Shown: piece after piece, positions 54,319 through 64,000 of the stretch
Position numbering within the stretch: the first letter of the stretch is position 1
How the letters are laid out: each line of letters begins with the position of its first letter
Origin: Candidatus Eisenbacteria bacterium RBG_16_71_46
GTDB lineage: Bacteria; Eisenbacteria; RBG-16-71-46
Length of the DNA: 64,000 nt
Direction of reading: 5' to 3'
Assembly: GCA_001780165.1 (NCBI GenBank)
Contig: MFFQ01000124.1
Coordinates: forward strand, 2,825-66,824
Notes under the pieces: model-generated
What the model saw: only the letters and a program-made list of their open reading frames with translations
Database searches by the model: none
What the model was told of the DNA's origin: nothing
Position numbers and translations under genes: made by a program

Positions 54319-55242
54319 TCAGGGTCGAGGGTGGAAGGTGCGGTGCACCTCCCGCAGGTAACCCCGGTCGAGATGGGTGTAGATGGCGGTCGTCGCCACC
54401 GACGCGTGGCCCAGCAGCTCTTGCACCACGCGCAGGTCGGCGCCTCCCTGGAGCAGGTGCGTGGCAAACGAATGCCGCATCACGTGCGGATGCACGCGGC
54501 CGGAGATCCCCGCGGCGCGCGCCCAGCCGCGCAGGATCTTCCAGAAGCCCATGCGGCCGAGCCGCCCGCCGCGAGCGTTCACGAACACCGCGTCGTGGCG
54601 CGCTCGCGGGGCGAGCGGCGCGCGTCCGCGATCGAGGTATTCGCGCAGCGCGCGCGCGGCGGCGCGTCCGAACGGCACCGTGCGCTCGCGCCCGCCTTTG
54701 CCCGCGACCGACACCGACCGCTCGGCGAGATCGAGCCGCGAGCGGTCGAGCCCGCACAGCTCGGAGACCCGGAGGCCGCTGGCGTAGGCCAGCTCGAGGA
54801 GCGCGCGGTCGCGCAACCGGAGCGGATCCTCTCCCTGGGGCTGGGCCAGTAGCCGCTCGACGTCCGCCACCGGCAGCGCGTGGGGCAGGCGTCGCTCCCG
54901 GCGCGGAGGCGGCAGCTGGGCGAGCGGATCGACCTCCTGCGCGCCCTGGCGCGCGAGAAAGGCGTGAAACCCGCGCAGCGACGAGCGGCGCCGCGCCACG
55001 GTCGCGCCGGCGAGGCCGCGGCGCATGAGCCGGGCAAAATAGGCGTCGACGAACACCGGCGTGGCCTCGTGCCAGCCGGTCAGCCGGTGGCGGCGGGCGA
55101 AGGCCAGATAGTCGGCGAGGTCGCGCGCGTAGGCGTCCAGCGTGTTCGGGCTGAGCCTCCGGCCGGTGCGCAACTCGTCCAGAAACGCCTCGAGACCGCC
55201 CCGCAGCGCCTGCTCGGGTGCGGCCGCACCGGGGGCCCTCAC
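54319..55242 (-). CDS. xerD: Tyrosine recombinase XerD
   Basis: DRALLELAYASGLRVSEL, GKGGRER, HPHVMRHSFATHLL.GGADLRVVQELLGH..VATTAIYTH, C-terminal HPR. Confidence 0.85.
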   Translation of the reverse strand: MRAPGAAAPEQALRGGLEAFLDELRTGRRLSPNTLDAYARDLADYLAFARRHRLTGWHEATPVFVDAYFARLMRRGLAGATVARRRSSLRGFHAFLARQGAQEVDPLAQLPPPRRERRLPHALPVADVERLLAQPQGEDPLRLRDRALLELAYASGLRVSELCGLDRSRLDLAERSVSVAGKGGRERTVPFGRAAARALREYLDRGRAPLAPRARHDAVFVNARGGRLGRMGFWKILRGWARAAGISGRVHPHVMRHSFATHLLQGGADLRVVQELLGHASVATTAIYTHLDRGYLREVHRTFHPRP

Positions 55243-57101
55243 GCGCGCTTCCGCTCGGCCACGACCGTGGCTCCCGCGGTCCCCGGCGTGGGCGCGGCGC
55301 CGAGCCGTTCGGCGATGCGCCGCGCCAGCGCCAGCGGAACGTGCGCCCGGCTCGCGATCTCCTCGGGGCCGGCCGCGCGCAGCGACGACGCCGATCCGAA
55401 GGCGCGCAGCAGTGCCGCGCGCCGCGCCGGGCCCACCCCCGGCACCTGGTCCAGGGCGCTGGCGATCCGCACGCGCCCGCGCAGCACCCGATGGTAGGCG
55501 AGCCCGAAGCGGTGAGCTTCGTCGCGCAGGCGTTGGATGGCGCGCAGCGCGCCGCTGCGCCGCGGCAGGTGCAGCGGCGCCGCGCGCTCGCGCACCACCG
55601 TCTCCTCGCGCTTGGCGAGCCCGATCAACGACACCGGCCGCGTGCTCACGCCGTCGAGCGCCGCGCGCGCCGCCGCCACCTGGCCCGCGCCTCCGTCCAC
55701 CACCACCAGGTCGGGCCGCGGCAACTCGCCGGACTCGACCCGCGCCCAGTAGCGCTCCACCGCCTCGGCGATCATCGCGACGTCGTCGGGACCGGGGTGC
55801 CGGATCCGCATGCGGCGGTAGAGCGACTTGCGCGCCTGCCCGTTCTCGCTCGCCACCACCGCCGCCACCGCCCCTTCGGCGCCGAGATTCGAGATGTCGA
55901 AGCACACCAGGCGATGCGGCGGCACCGGCAGGTCGAGCGCCTTCTGCAGCTCCAGCACCTCCGGAGAGAAGCGGGCGCGGCGTCCGGCGGCGCGCGCCTC
56001 GAGATCCTCGAGGGCGAGCGCGGCGTTGCGCTCCGCGGAGGCCACCAGGCGCCGTTCGCGTCCGCGCGCGGGCACCGTCAGCTCCACGCGCCGCCCGGCG
56101 CGCTCACCCAGCGCTTCGAGCAGGGCCTCCGCATCGGCCGGCTCCAGCCCCGCGATCAGCCGACGCGGGATCGGCGCTCCCCCCAGGTAGTGCTGGCCGA
56201 CGAAGGCCTGCAGCACCCGGGCCTCGTCGAGGGTATCGAGGTGGTCGAGGATGCGGCTCTCCTTCCCCACCACCCGGCCCTCCCGCAGCAGCAGCAGGGC
56301 GACGGCGGCGCGGCGACCGTGGCGCGCCACGCCCAGGATGTCGCGGTCGCCCCCCCCGCCACCCACCACCTTCTGGGGCACGCGGGCGGTCTCGAGCAGC
56401 GCGATCTGGTCGCGCCGCCGCGCGGCCGCCTCGTAGCGGAGGCCGGTGGATGCCTCCTCCATCTCGGCCCGCAGGCGGACGAGCAGCTCCTGGTCCCGTC
56501 CCGACAGGAAGAGGAGCAGCCCGTCCACCAACGCGCGGTACTCGTCCCGATCCACCCGGGCGCGGCTGTAACACGGCCCGGCGCAACGTTTGATATGGAA
56601 GTAGAGGCACGGCCGGTCGGCCCGCCGGTAGTCTTCGAAGTTGCGGCAGGTGCGCACCGGGAAGATCCGCCGGATCTCGCGCAGCGTGCGGCGCAGGTTC
56701 TTCACGTCGGTGTAGGGGCCCAGGTAGCGCGCCCCGTCCTCACGCACTTGGCGGGTGACCGAGAGGCGGGGGAAGTCCTCCTGCACGCTGATCCGGACGT
56801 ACGGAAAGGACTTGTCGTCCTTGAGCAGGGTGTTGAAATGGGGCTTGTGCTGGCGGATGAGGGTGGCCTCGAGCAGCAGGGACTCCGCCTCGGTATCGGT
56901 GAGGATGGTGTCCAGGTCCGCCGCCTGGGCCATCAGCCCGGCCAGCCGGAGATGGCCGTTATCGCCGGTCAGGTAGCTGCGGACGCGGTGGGACAGGCTC
57001 TTGGCCTTGCCCACGTAGAGCACCCGCCCCAGGGGGTCCTTGAACAGGTAAACCCCGGGGGACGGCGGCAGATTCAGCACCTTTTCGCTCAGTGCGCTCA
57101 T
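55239..57101 (-). CDS. uvrC: Excinuclease ABC subunit C
   Basis: GIY-YIG (PGVY..YVGKAKSL..RVRSY), LKDDKSFPY, Cys cluster, FDIS, VDGG.GQ, RDEAHRF, HhH. Confidence 0.97.
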   Translation of the reverse strand: MSALSEKVLNLPPSPGVYLFKDPLGRVLYVGKAKSLSHRVRSYLTGDNGHLRLAGLMAQAADLDTILTDTEAESLLLEATLIRQHKPHFNTLLKDDKSFPYVRISVQEDFPRLSVTRQVREDGARYLGPYTDVKNLRRTLREIRRIFPVRTCRNFEDYRRADRPCLYFHIKRCAGPCYSRARVDRDEYRALVDGLLLFLSGRDQELLVRLRAEMEEASTGLRYEAAARRRDQIALLETARVPQKVVGGGGGDRDILGVARHGRRAAVALLLLREGRVVGKESRILDHLDTLDEARVLQAFVGQHYLGGAPIPRRLIAGLEPADAEALLEALGERAGRRVELTVPARGRERRLVASAERNAALALEDLEARAAGRRARFSPEVLELQKALDLPVPPHRLVCFDISNLGAEGAVAAVVASENGQARKSLYRRMRIRHPGPDDVAMIAEAVERYWARVESGELPRPDLVVVDGGAGQVAAARAALDGVSTRPVSLIGLAKREETVVRERAAPLHLPRRSGALRAIQRLRDEAHRFGLAYHRVLRGRVRIASALDQVPGVGPARRAALLRAFGSASSLRAAGPEEIASRAHVPLALARRIAERLGAAPTPGTAGATVVAERKRA

Positions 57102-57189
57102 CGGAGCCTCCACCCACCACGGGGGATACTCGGAGCGAAAACAGTACACCCGGCCGAGGCGGCCCGGCAATCCCCGAAGCGGACGCGTC

Positions 57190-57217
57190 TTGACAGAGCG
57201 CCGCGGTCCGGCATACT
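57190..57217 (+). promoter_or_regulatory. sigma70-type promoter for rpsT
   Basis: TTGACA (57190-95), 16 bp, CATACT (57212-17). Confidence 0.55.
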
Positions 57218-57262
57218 GTCCGTGGGCTTTTTCGCCAGCGTCGCCCCCGAAGGAGGAAGTGA

Positions 57263-57520
57263 ATGCCGACCCACAAGTCCGCTGCCAAGCGCATCATTAC
57301 CAACGCCAAGGCCCAGCGGCGCAACATCGCGAACCGGTCGCGGTTGCGCTCGGCGATCAAAGCGGTGCGTCAAGCGGCGAACCGGACGGACGCCCTGGCT
57401 GCCTACCGGACCGCCACCTCGGTGCTCGACCGCACCGTCGCCAAGGGGGTCATCAAGAAGGAAGCCGCCAACCGGCAGAAGGCGCGGCTGGCCTTGTTCG
57501 CGCAGAGGCTGCCGGCCTGA
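57263..57520 (+). CDS. rpsT: 30S ribosomal protein S20
   Basis: MPTHKSAAKR, RSRLRSAIK, LDRTVAKGVIKK.AANRQKARL. Confidence 0.96.
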   Translation: MPTHKSAAKRIITNAKAQRRNIANRSRLRSAIKAVRQAANRTDALAAYRTATSVLDRTVAKGVIKKEAANRQKARLALFAQRLPA

Positions 57521-57533
57521 TCGTCGGCTCGCC

Positions 57534-57962
57534 ATGAGGCGTTCCGCGACCGCGTTAGCCGCGGTCCTGTTCCTGATCACCAGCGTCGATCCGGCCGCCT
57601 GCGCGCCCGCGCGGACGGCCTCGCCGTTCGAGCCGGTGCCGATTCCACCGCCGCCCCGCCACTCGCACGCTTGGGCCTATGCCGCGCTCGCGGCCGGGGC
57701 GGGTCTGGTCGCGGCCTCGTTCCCCCTGACCAACCACGCCAATCGCACCTACGAAGCCTACCTGCGCGAGACCGATCCGGACCGGATCGACCAGCTCTAC
57801 GACGAGACGGTCCGCTTCGACCACCTGGCGGGAAGTGCCCTGATCACCGGGGAAGTGCTGCTGGCGGCGGGGCTCTACCTGCGCTTCATCCGCGCCCCCG
57901 CCCCCTCCCGGGTCCTGCTCACGCTGACCCCCAGTCGATGCGCGCTCGCCTTGCGCTTCTAG
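57534..57962 (+). CDS. Hypothetical exported/membrane protein
   Basis: Signal-like N-terminus, two hydrophobic helices, C-terminal ALALRF; overlaps the next gene. Confidence 0.6.
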   Translation: MRRSATALAAVLFLITSVDPAACAPARTASPFEPVPIPPPPRHSHAWAYAALAAGAGLVAASFPLTNHANRTYEAYLRETDPDRIDQLYDETVRFDHLAGSALITGEVLLAAGLYLRFIRAPAPSRVLLTLTPSRCALALRF

Positions 57963-59185
57963 CAGCCCTCGTCCTGGTCGCGGGCTGCAGCTCGCGCGAG
58001 CGGCTCAATCCGTTCGATCTGCGCAACCCCTACACGCGGGGCAGGCCCGAGGGCTTCGTCGCGCTGGCCGACGACGCCCAGGTGCGACTGGAGTGGCAGC
58101 CGGAAACCGGCTCGGATCTCGCCGGCTTCCAGGTCTACCGGCAATTGGGTGGCATCGGGCCGTTCGTCTCCATCACCGGCGTGCTCAGCTCCCTCACGTC
58201 CTCCTTCACCGACCGCGGGCTCGCCAACGGAGTGGACCACGCCTATCGCCTGGTCTTCGTCTTCCGCTCCGGCGAGGGCTCGGCACCGGCCGAGGCCATC
58301 GCCACGCCGGGTCCGCTGCGGCCGTGGGTGGCCGATTTCGGCGCCGGCGTCCTCGCCCGTATCACCGCCGACGGCCGCCACGTGCTGTCGCGGGTGCGCG
58401 GATTCGACTCCCCATCCGGCGTGGCGGTGGATGCCGCGACGCGCAAGGTCTGGTTCACCGACACCGGCGGCGGCTCGCTCATCCTCTACGACCCCTCCGG
58501 CACATCCCAGCCGCTCTCCATCTACGTCTCCGGCCAGCCCGGGGCGGTGGTAACCGACTCCGTCGACCACACGGCGTGGGCGTGCGAACCCGAGCAGGGC
58601 CGCCTGTTCCACTTCAACGACGGCGGCCTCGAGGCCTCGCCAACCATCGGGCTCATCGACCGGCCGATCGGCATCGCGCGGCTGCCTTCCGACCGCTCGG
58701 TCGTGGTGTGCGAGCGCGGGGGGAACCGGCTGCGGCGTTTCGCCAGCGACGGCACGCCGCTGTGGGGGGTCCCGCTTCCGGCCCCCTCGCGGGTGGCGGT
58801 GGACAGCAGCACCCTCGAGCTGTGGGTCACGTCGTTCGATCTCGGGCGCGTGGTGCGGCTGTCGGCCGCGGGCGTGGCGCTCGACAGCGTCGGCGGATTC
58901 GACGGTCCGATCGGCGTCGCGGTGGACGCGCGGCGCGGGCGCATCTGGGTGGCGGACGCGAGGGCAGGCGAGCTGGTGGCACTGACCCGCGGCGGCGCGG
59001 TGGTGCTGCGCGTGAGCGGTCTCTCCGAGGTGCGCGAGGTGGCGGTAGATCCCGCCTCCGGCGACGTCTGGGCGACCGTGCCCGGGGCGAAGGCGGTGGT
59101 CCGGGTGACGGCCGACGGCACCCGGCGCTGGCAGGCCGGCGGCCTTTCCCTCCCCGACGGCATCGCGCTCGACCCCGGGCGCTGA
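57938..59185 (+). CDS. Lipoprotein with an FN3-like domain and an NHL-type beta-propeller
   Basis: Lipobox LVAGC; VRLEW..AGFQVYR (FN3-like); repeated P.GVAVD...WV.D units. Confidence 0.8.
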   Translation: MRARLALLAALVLVAGCSSRERLNPFDLRNPYTRGRPEGFVALADDAQVRLEWQPETGSDLAGFQVYRQLGGIGPFVSITGVLSSLTSSFTDRGLANGVDHAYRLVFVFRSGEGSAPAEAIATPGPLRPWVADFGAGVLARITADGRHVLSRVRGFDSPSGVAVDAATRKVWFTDTGGGSLILYDPSGTSQPLSIYVSGQPGAVVTDSVDHTAWACEPEQGRLFHFNDGGLEASPTIGLIDRPIGIARLPSDRSVVVCERGGNRLRRFASDGTPLWGVPLPAPSRVAVDSSTLELWVTSFDLGRVVRLSAAGVALDSVGGFDGPIGVAVDARRGRIWVADARAGELVALTRGGAVVLRVSGLSEVREVAVDPASGDVWATVPGAKAVVRVTADGTRRWQAGGLSLPDGIALDPGR

Positions 59186-59279
59186 GGTCCGGCGCGAAAC
59201 CGCCGCTCCGACCGCGAGGCGGCTCACCCCACCGGGCCGCCCATGCCCCGAGCCCGGAGGCGACGGGACGCTAGCCTGC

Positions 59280-62075
59280 CTAGAAGTTGAAGCCGATGGT
59301 GAACTGCGTGCGCGGGCGCCTGGAGTACTCGCGGAAGTCGGGCGTCGCCCACACGAAGTCCCAGCGGATCGCCGGGAAGTAGCCGCCGCCGACGTAGACT
59401 CCGGTGCCCACGCTGCCGCGGCGCCGCTCCACTCCCCCTTCCCAGGCCCACGCCAGGTCGGCGAAGGCGGCGGCATTGAGGGTCGGGAACACCCAGGGCG
59501 CCGGCACCGCCAGCGTCAGGCCGCGCAGGAGCGGAAAGCGTATCTCCTGCTGGAGCAGCACGGTCTCGAGCCCGGCCAGCTCGCGGCGATCGTAGCCGCG
59601 CAGCGAACCCCGCCCGCCGAGGTAGAAGCGCTGCGCGTCGCGCCCCAGGCTCACCTGACCCTGGCCGCGCGTGGCCGAGACCAGCTGCGGCGCCCACTGC
59701 CCGTAGTGGCGATACTCGCCGATCACCGTGCCGAAATCGCCGGCCCCCGACGACAGATCGCGCGTGAAGCCGGCCGCGACGAAGAAGCGCGAGCCGCTCG
59801 AGGGCCCGAGCATCGTCCAGCCGGAGTTGTCGTGGACCAGGGTGAGGAAGTTGGACACCAGGTCCACGTCCTGGAAATCGCCGCGGCGCAGCAGGTGGTC
59901 GCTCGCGTGCCGGACCAGCACCGAGCCCTCGAGCCGCGTGAACTTGCTGAACGGGTAGCTCGTGAGCCCGACCATGCCCACTCGCCGCTCGCGCCGGATG
60001 AGATCGAGGTCGGCGTCGTAGACCTGGGTCAGGCGGAAGACGCCCAGCCCGTAGTTGAGGCGCCGGGCCTGGTTGACGTAGGTGAGTCCGCCCTCGAATC
60101 CGTCCCAGAAATTTCCGAAGCGGTCCGAGTCGTTGGCGAGGAAGATGAAGACCTGCTCGTTGCCGAGCACGTCACTGAGCGCGATCTGGCCCCCGCCGCC
60201 GGTCGCGCCGAGGCCGGGGTCGTAGGCGACCGCGTTCTGCACCAGGTCGAGCCCGAGCCGGCGCTGGTAGCGCTGCGGGGTGCCGTCGAAGGCGACGCGT
60301 GGCAGCACCGGGGCGCGGTCGGGAGGCTGCTCGATCTCGTACTCGAGCGTGTCCGGATCGAAGTCCACGCGATAGGTCTGGAATTCGATCTGCTCCTGGG
60401 CGGTGAACAGCAGCCCGCCTCCGCCGGGGAGCCAGTCGGGGTCCGACGCCGGTCCGAGGAGGCGGGTCACGCGACGCACCTCGCGCGACGGCGCCGCCGG
60501 GCGCAGGTAGAGGTCGCTGGTCCCCCCGCGGGTCGAACGGAACGCGATCCAGCGTCCGTCCGGGGAGTACACCGGCTGGCGGTCGTCTCCGCTCACCGGG
60601 TCGCTCAGCGTCTCCAGCGTCCCGTCGTCGAGCGCCAGGCGGAAGAGGGAATACCGGCCGCCGCGGTCGCAGCGATCCGAGGCGAATGCCACCCAGCGCC
60701 CATCCGGCGAGGCATGCGGCTCGACGTCGTCGAAGTCGTCGTTCGTGAGCCGCTCGAGGGTGACGGCGTGCGCGCTCCAGCGCGCGCGGTAGAGGTCGCT
60801 GCGCCCGCCGTAGTCCTGCCCCGAGAACACCACGGCGCTGTCGCCGGGCAGCACGCTCGGGTCGTTGATCGCGACCAGGTTCGGAAACTCGAGCCGGCGC
60901 CGGACGCGCCCCCGCCGAGCGTCGAGCAGGTAGAGGGCGTCGCGCCCCCCGCGCTTCGAGCTGACGACGATGGTGCCGGTCGGTGACGCGTCGGGTCGGT
61001 TCTGGAACAGGTGGAACGACTCGAACTGCGGCGACTGCCCGCCCCGCAGCACCCGGCGGTCACGACGGCGGCCGCCCGGGCCGGGCTCGTTGATGACCAG
61101 GTGGATGCCGTTCTCGCCGGCGGAGAAGTAGCAGAAGCGCAGCGAGGTGTCGGCGTGGTCGCGCGCCGGGAGCACGCGCGGCCCGAGGTTGTAGTGCCCG
61201 CGCATCGTGAGCCGGCGGCCGGTCTCCTTCGCCGACCGGTCCACGGCCACCGCCGGGTAGTAGCGGCGTTTGAGCTCCGCGAACCAGTCCTCGTCGAGCG
61301 CGCGGACCGTCTGGCCGAAGGTGAGCCGGAACGCGGTCTCGAAGTCCTCGGCCCGGTACCAGTTGTCGAACAGGTCGAACACCTTGTCGCGCCCGAAGCG
61401 CTCGGCCAGGAACAGCAGGAACGACTGGCCCTCCTTGTACATCAGCACCGTGCCCAGGATCCTGTCGCTGCGGGTGAGCGGCAGGGCCTCACCCGAGATC
61501 ACGGCATCGCGCAGCAGACCCTCGGCGTCGGCGTCCCAGTCCGTGCCGCAGTACTCGGCCAGTCCCTCGATGAACCACAGCGGCGGCAGGTAGCCCTGGC
61601 TGCGGCGGTGCTCGCGCATGACCTGGGTGAGCTTCTCGAGCATGTACGCATGGGCGAGCTCGTGGCGGGTCACCCAGCGCAGCCGGTCCCACGATCCGGT
61701 GTGCGGCAGCATCACCCGACCCTTGATCAGCTCGGTGAGGCCGCCGGTGCCCTCCGAGACCAGCCCCGGCGTGGCGTTGCTCTGCTGGAACAGGTGGTGC
61801 ACGGAGAACAGCAGGAACGGCACCCGGTTGCGCGGCGTGACCCGGAAGCGGCCGTCGAATTCGACGCACACGCTCTCGGCGAACACCACGAGGTGTCGCG
61901 CCAGGCTCTCCTCCTCCGCGTAGTAGTGCAGGCGCAGGTGCGGCGTCTCGAGCACTGCCCAGTCGAGGACCTCGTACTGGACCTTGTTCTTGCCGAACCA
62001 CTGGGCGGAGGCGGGGGTGGCTGCGAGCAGAAGGGCGGCGATGAGGATCGCGATCGCCGACCGCGGGTGGAACAT
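59280..62075 (-). CDS. Peptidase-MA-like + TolB/PD40 propeller + Omp85-type beta-barrel protein
   Basis: Signal peptide; HELAH..WFIEGLAEY; SPDGRW.AF.S repeats; FYLGG.GSLRGY; C-terminal FTIGFNF. Confidence 0.82.
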   Translation of the reverse strand: MFHPRSAIAILIAALLLAATPASAQWFGKNKVQYEVLDWAVLETPHLRLHYYAEEESLARHLVVFAESVCVEFDGRFRVTPRNRVPFLLFSVHHLFQQSNATPGLVSEGTGGLTELIKGRVMLPHTGSWDRLRWVTRHELAHAYMLEKLTQVMREHRRSQGYLPPLWFIEGLAEYCGTDWDADAEGLLRDAVISGEALPLTRSDRILGTVLMYKEGQSFLLFLAERFGRDKVFDLFDNWYRAEDFETAFRLTFGQTVRALDEDWFAELKRRYYPAVAVDRSAKETGRRLTMRGHYNLGPRVLPARDHADTSLRFCYFSAGENGIHLVINEPGPGGRRRDRRVLRGGQSPQFESFHLFQNRPDASPTGTIVVSSKRGGRDALYLLDARRGRVRRRLEFPNLVAINDPSVLPGDSAVVFSGQDYGGRSDLYRARWSAHAVTLERLTNDDFDDVEPHASPDGRWVAFASDRCDRGGRYSLFRLALDDGTLETLSDPVSGDDRQPVYSPDGRWIAFRSTRGGTSDLYLRPAAPSREVRRVTRLLGPASDPDWLPGGGGLLFTAQEQIEFQTYRVDFDPDTLEYEIEQPPDRAPVLPRVAFDGTPQRYQRRLGLDLVQNAVAYDPGLGATGGGGQIALSDVLGNEQVFIFLANDSDRFGNFWDGFEGGLTYVNQARRLNYGLGVFRLTQVYDADLDLIRRERRVGMVGLTSYPFSKFTRLEGSVLVRHASDHLLRRGDFQDVDLVSNFLTLVHDNSGWTMLGPSSGSRFFVAAGFTRDLSSGAGDFGTVIGEYRHYGQWAPQLVSATRGQGQVSLGRDAQRFYLGGRGSLRGYDRRELAGLETVLLQQEIRFPLLRGLTLAVPAPWVFPTLNAAAFADLAWAWEGGVERRRGSVGTGVYVGGGYFPAIRWDFVWATPDFREYSRRPRTQFTIGFNF

Positions 62076-62100
62076 CGGGACTCCGAAGCGAGGAAGGTGA

Positions 62101-62877
62101 CTAGTGGGTGCGGCCCTGGGTGGTCAGCACCTGCTCAAGAGTATAGAGGCCCGGAGACGCCGTGGCGACAAATTGTGCGGCCGCCAGTGCGCCCTGGGCG
62201 AAAGCACCCCGGTCCTGGGCGACGTGCCGCAGCTCGAGCCACTCCCCCTCGCCGGCGAGCAGCACGAGGTGGTCCCCGACCCAGCTGCCGCCGCGCACGG
62301 CGTGCACGCCGATCTCGGCCGCGGGCCGCGGTCCGGCGCGGCCCTGCCGCCCGTGGCGCAGGGCCTCGGCCGGAAGCTCGCGCAGCGCCGCCGCCTCGCG
62401 GGCCAGCGCCATCGCCGTGCCCGAGGGGCTGTCGAGCTTACGCCGGTGATGGCGCTCGACGATCTCGACGTCCCAGTCCCGCGGCAGCGCCAGCAGTGCC
62501 GCCGCCAGCGCCCGCCTCAGGGCCAGAACCCCCAGGCTGAAATTCGCGGCGCGCAGCACCGCCGTGCGGCGTGCCGCCCGCTGGATCGCGGCGTCCTCCT
62601 CGGGCGAGAGCCCGGTGGTGCCGGAGACCAGCGCGGCGCGCCGCTCCGCGCAGATCTCCGCGGTCTCGCGTGCCGCCGCCGGGCTGCTGAACTCGATCAC
62701 GACGTCCCCGGCGGACACGCTGTCGGCGATCGAGCGGCTCCAGCCCGGCTCGCTTCCCAGCGGGTCGCCGGCGGCCACGACGCGCGCCTTGAGCTCGAAG
62801 CCGTCGGCCTCGCCGGCCGCCTGTTCCACCGCGCGCCCCATGCGTCCGGCGGCGCCCACCAGCACCAGGCGGATCAC
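62101..62877 (-). CDS. dapB: 4-hydroxy-tetrahydrodipicolinate reductase
   Basis: GAAGRMG, VSGTTG, ANFSLG, ERHHRRKLDSPSGTA, FAQGAL. Confidence 0.96.
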   Translation of the reverse strand: MIRLVLVGAAGRMGRAVEQAAGEADGFELKARVVAAGDPLGSEPGWSRSIADSVSAGDVVIEFSSPAAARETAEICAERRAALVSGTTGLSPEEDAAIQRAARRTAVLRAANFSLGVLALRRALAAALLALPRDWDVEIVERHHRRKLDSPSGTAMALAREAAALRELPAEALRHGRQGRAGPRPAAEIGVHAVRGGSWVGDHLVLLAGEGEWLELRHVAQDRGAFAQGALAAAQFVATASPGLYTLEQVLTTQGRTH

Positions 62878-63773
62878 GCGCGCGCCGCCGGCTGCGCCTC
62901 GGGGGCGAGCGGCAGCCCGACCGCGCGGGCGGCGGCCAGGACCGCCTGCTCGGTCGCGGGCTCGACCGGCACCAGCGGCAGGCGCAGCTCGTTGCGGAGG
63001 ATGCCCATCGCCGAGAGCAGGTACTTCACCGGTCCGGGGTTGGATTCGACGAACAGCGCCTTGAACAGCGGCATCAGCCGGCGATGCTCGGCCTCGGCCT
63101 CGCGCATGCGGCCGGCGCGCGCGTGGTCGCACAGCGCGCGCATCTGCCGCGGCGCGGCGTTCCCCGCCACCGAGACCACCCCGGTCGCACCCACCGCGAT
63201 CATGGGCAGGGTGAGCGAATCGTCGCCCGACAGCAGCGTGAGCCCGGTGCGCGCCCGCACCGCGCTCGCCTGGTCCAGGCTCCCCGAGGCCTCCTTCACC
63301 GCCACGATGTTCGGCAGGTCCTGCACCTGCGCCAGCGTCTCGGGCAGGGTGTTGGTGCCGGTGCGCCCGGGCACGTTGTAGAGGATGATCGGCAGCCGCG
63401 TGCTCTTGGCCACCGCGGTGAAGTGCGCGACCTGGCCGCGCGGCGTGGGCTTGTTGTAGAAGGGCGTGACCACCATCGCGCCGTCGAGCCCGATCTCCTC
63501 CGCCAAGCGCGTGATCGTGATCGATTCGGCGGTCGAGTTGGTGCCGGTTCCGGCCACCACCGGGACCCGGCCCGCCACGCGCTCGCGCACGAAGCGCCAC
63601 AGCGTGCGGCGCTCGTCGAGCGTGCAGGTCGCCGCCTCGCCGGTCGAGCCCGACACCACCAGGCCCTCCACCCCGCCCTCGAGCAGGCCATCCACCAGCC
63701 GGGCGGTGGCCTCGAGATCGAGCGCTCCGCCCTGGAACGGCGTCACCATCGCAACCGTCAGTCCGTCGAACAC
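62874..63773 (-). CDS. dapA: 4-hydroxy-tetrahydrodipicolinate synthase
   Basis: AMVTPF, GSTGE, PFYNKP, LYNVPGRTG, VKEAS, SGDD, ESNPGPVK. Confidence 0.97.
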   Translation of the reverse strand: MFDGLTVAMVTPFQGGALDLEATARLVDGLLEGGVEGLVVSGSTGEAATCTLDERRTLWRFVRERVAGRVPVVAGTGTNSTAESITITRLAEEIGLDGAMVVTPFYNKPTPRGQVAHFTAVAKSTRLPIILYNVPGRTGTNTLPETLAQVQDLPNIVAVKEASGSLDQASAVRARTGLTLLSGDDSLTLPMIAVGATGVVSVAGNAAPRQMRALCDHARAGRMREAEAEHRRLMPLFKALFVESNPGPVKYLLSAMGILRNELRLPLVPVEPATEQAVLAAARAVGLPLAPEAQPAARA

Positions 63774-63800
63774 GGGATCCTCCTTCGCGCGAGCCTCGTC

Positions 63801-64000
63801 TTATTCCCTACCGGCGCCGACCGCCGCGGGTTCCATCCATTCGCCTCGGAACGCGATTTCCGCCGGTCCTCCGAGTCGGACGTCGCGGCCGCCTTCGACC
63901 TCTCGGAACGCCACCACCAACTCATCTCCTCCCGCCGTCACCACCGTCACCGGGGAGCGCTCTCCGCGTGCCTCGGCGACGAGCGCCGAAGCGATGGCAC
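63801..64000 (-). CDS. dapF: Diaminopimelate epimerase, C-terminal part (cut by the window edge)
   Basis: My translation: AIASALV..SPVTVVTAGGDELVV..VRLGGPAEIAFRGEW..*; directly upstream of dapA. Confidence 0.8.
   Translation of the reverse strand, partial: AIASALVAEARGERSPVTVVTAGGDELVVAFREVEGGRDVRLGGPAEIAFRGEWMEPAAVGAGRE

Noticed and set aside
54319-55242. Tyrosine recombinase as a phage or island integrase
   Set aside because: It has the size and motifs of housekeeping XerD, is coupled to uvrC, and has no att sites or mobile cargo.

Overview
This is a very GC-rich chromosomal segment from a diderm bacterium (LptE, Omp85 and beta-barrel genes). A Candidatus Eisenbacteria/FCB-like origin is my guess and cannot be proven here. 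The left two-thirds is almost all + strand housekeeping: tRNA-Val, thrS, two minus-strand beta-barrel paralogs, L20-type leader-infC(ATT start)-rpmI-rplT-pheS-pheT(frameshifted)-zapB-like-zapA-6S RNA-rny-ymdB::folD fusion-xseAB-ispA-DUF212-dxs-nadK-recN-trpEGDCFB (no trpA), tRNA-Arg, a ubiE/menG-like gene, a sigma54-driven GAF-GGDEF gene, a wlbABC-like sugar triad, a histidine kinase plus NtrC-type regulator, and lptE-holA-leuS. A XerC/XerD dif-like site lies at 42371-42398. Beyond it most genes switch to the - strand (GH57, TPR protein, YqhG-like/YqhH-like SNF2 pair, beta-CASP nuclease, xerD, uvrC, peptidase-propeller-Omp85, dapB/A/F), which suggests the replication terminus. The most novel-looking items are: a secreted two-domain ORF beside dif with an internal IPTL-CTERM-like sorting signal followed at once by a second signal peptide (candidate polyprotein); the YmdB-FolD fusion; the coupled beta-CASP/Tudor-SNF2/Zn-ribbon module; the trpA-less trp operon; and a direct plus inverted repeat array upstream of tRNA-Val. 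I saw no CRISPR array, transposase or prophage. All calls come from reading motifs by eye; no searches were run.
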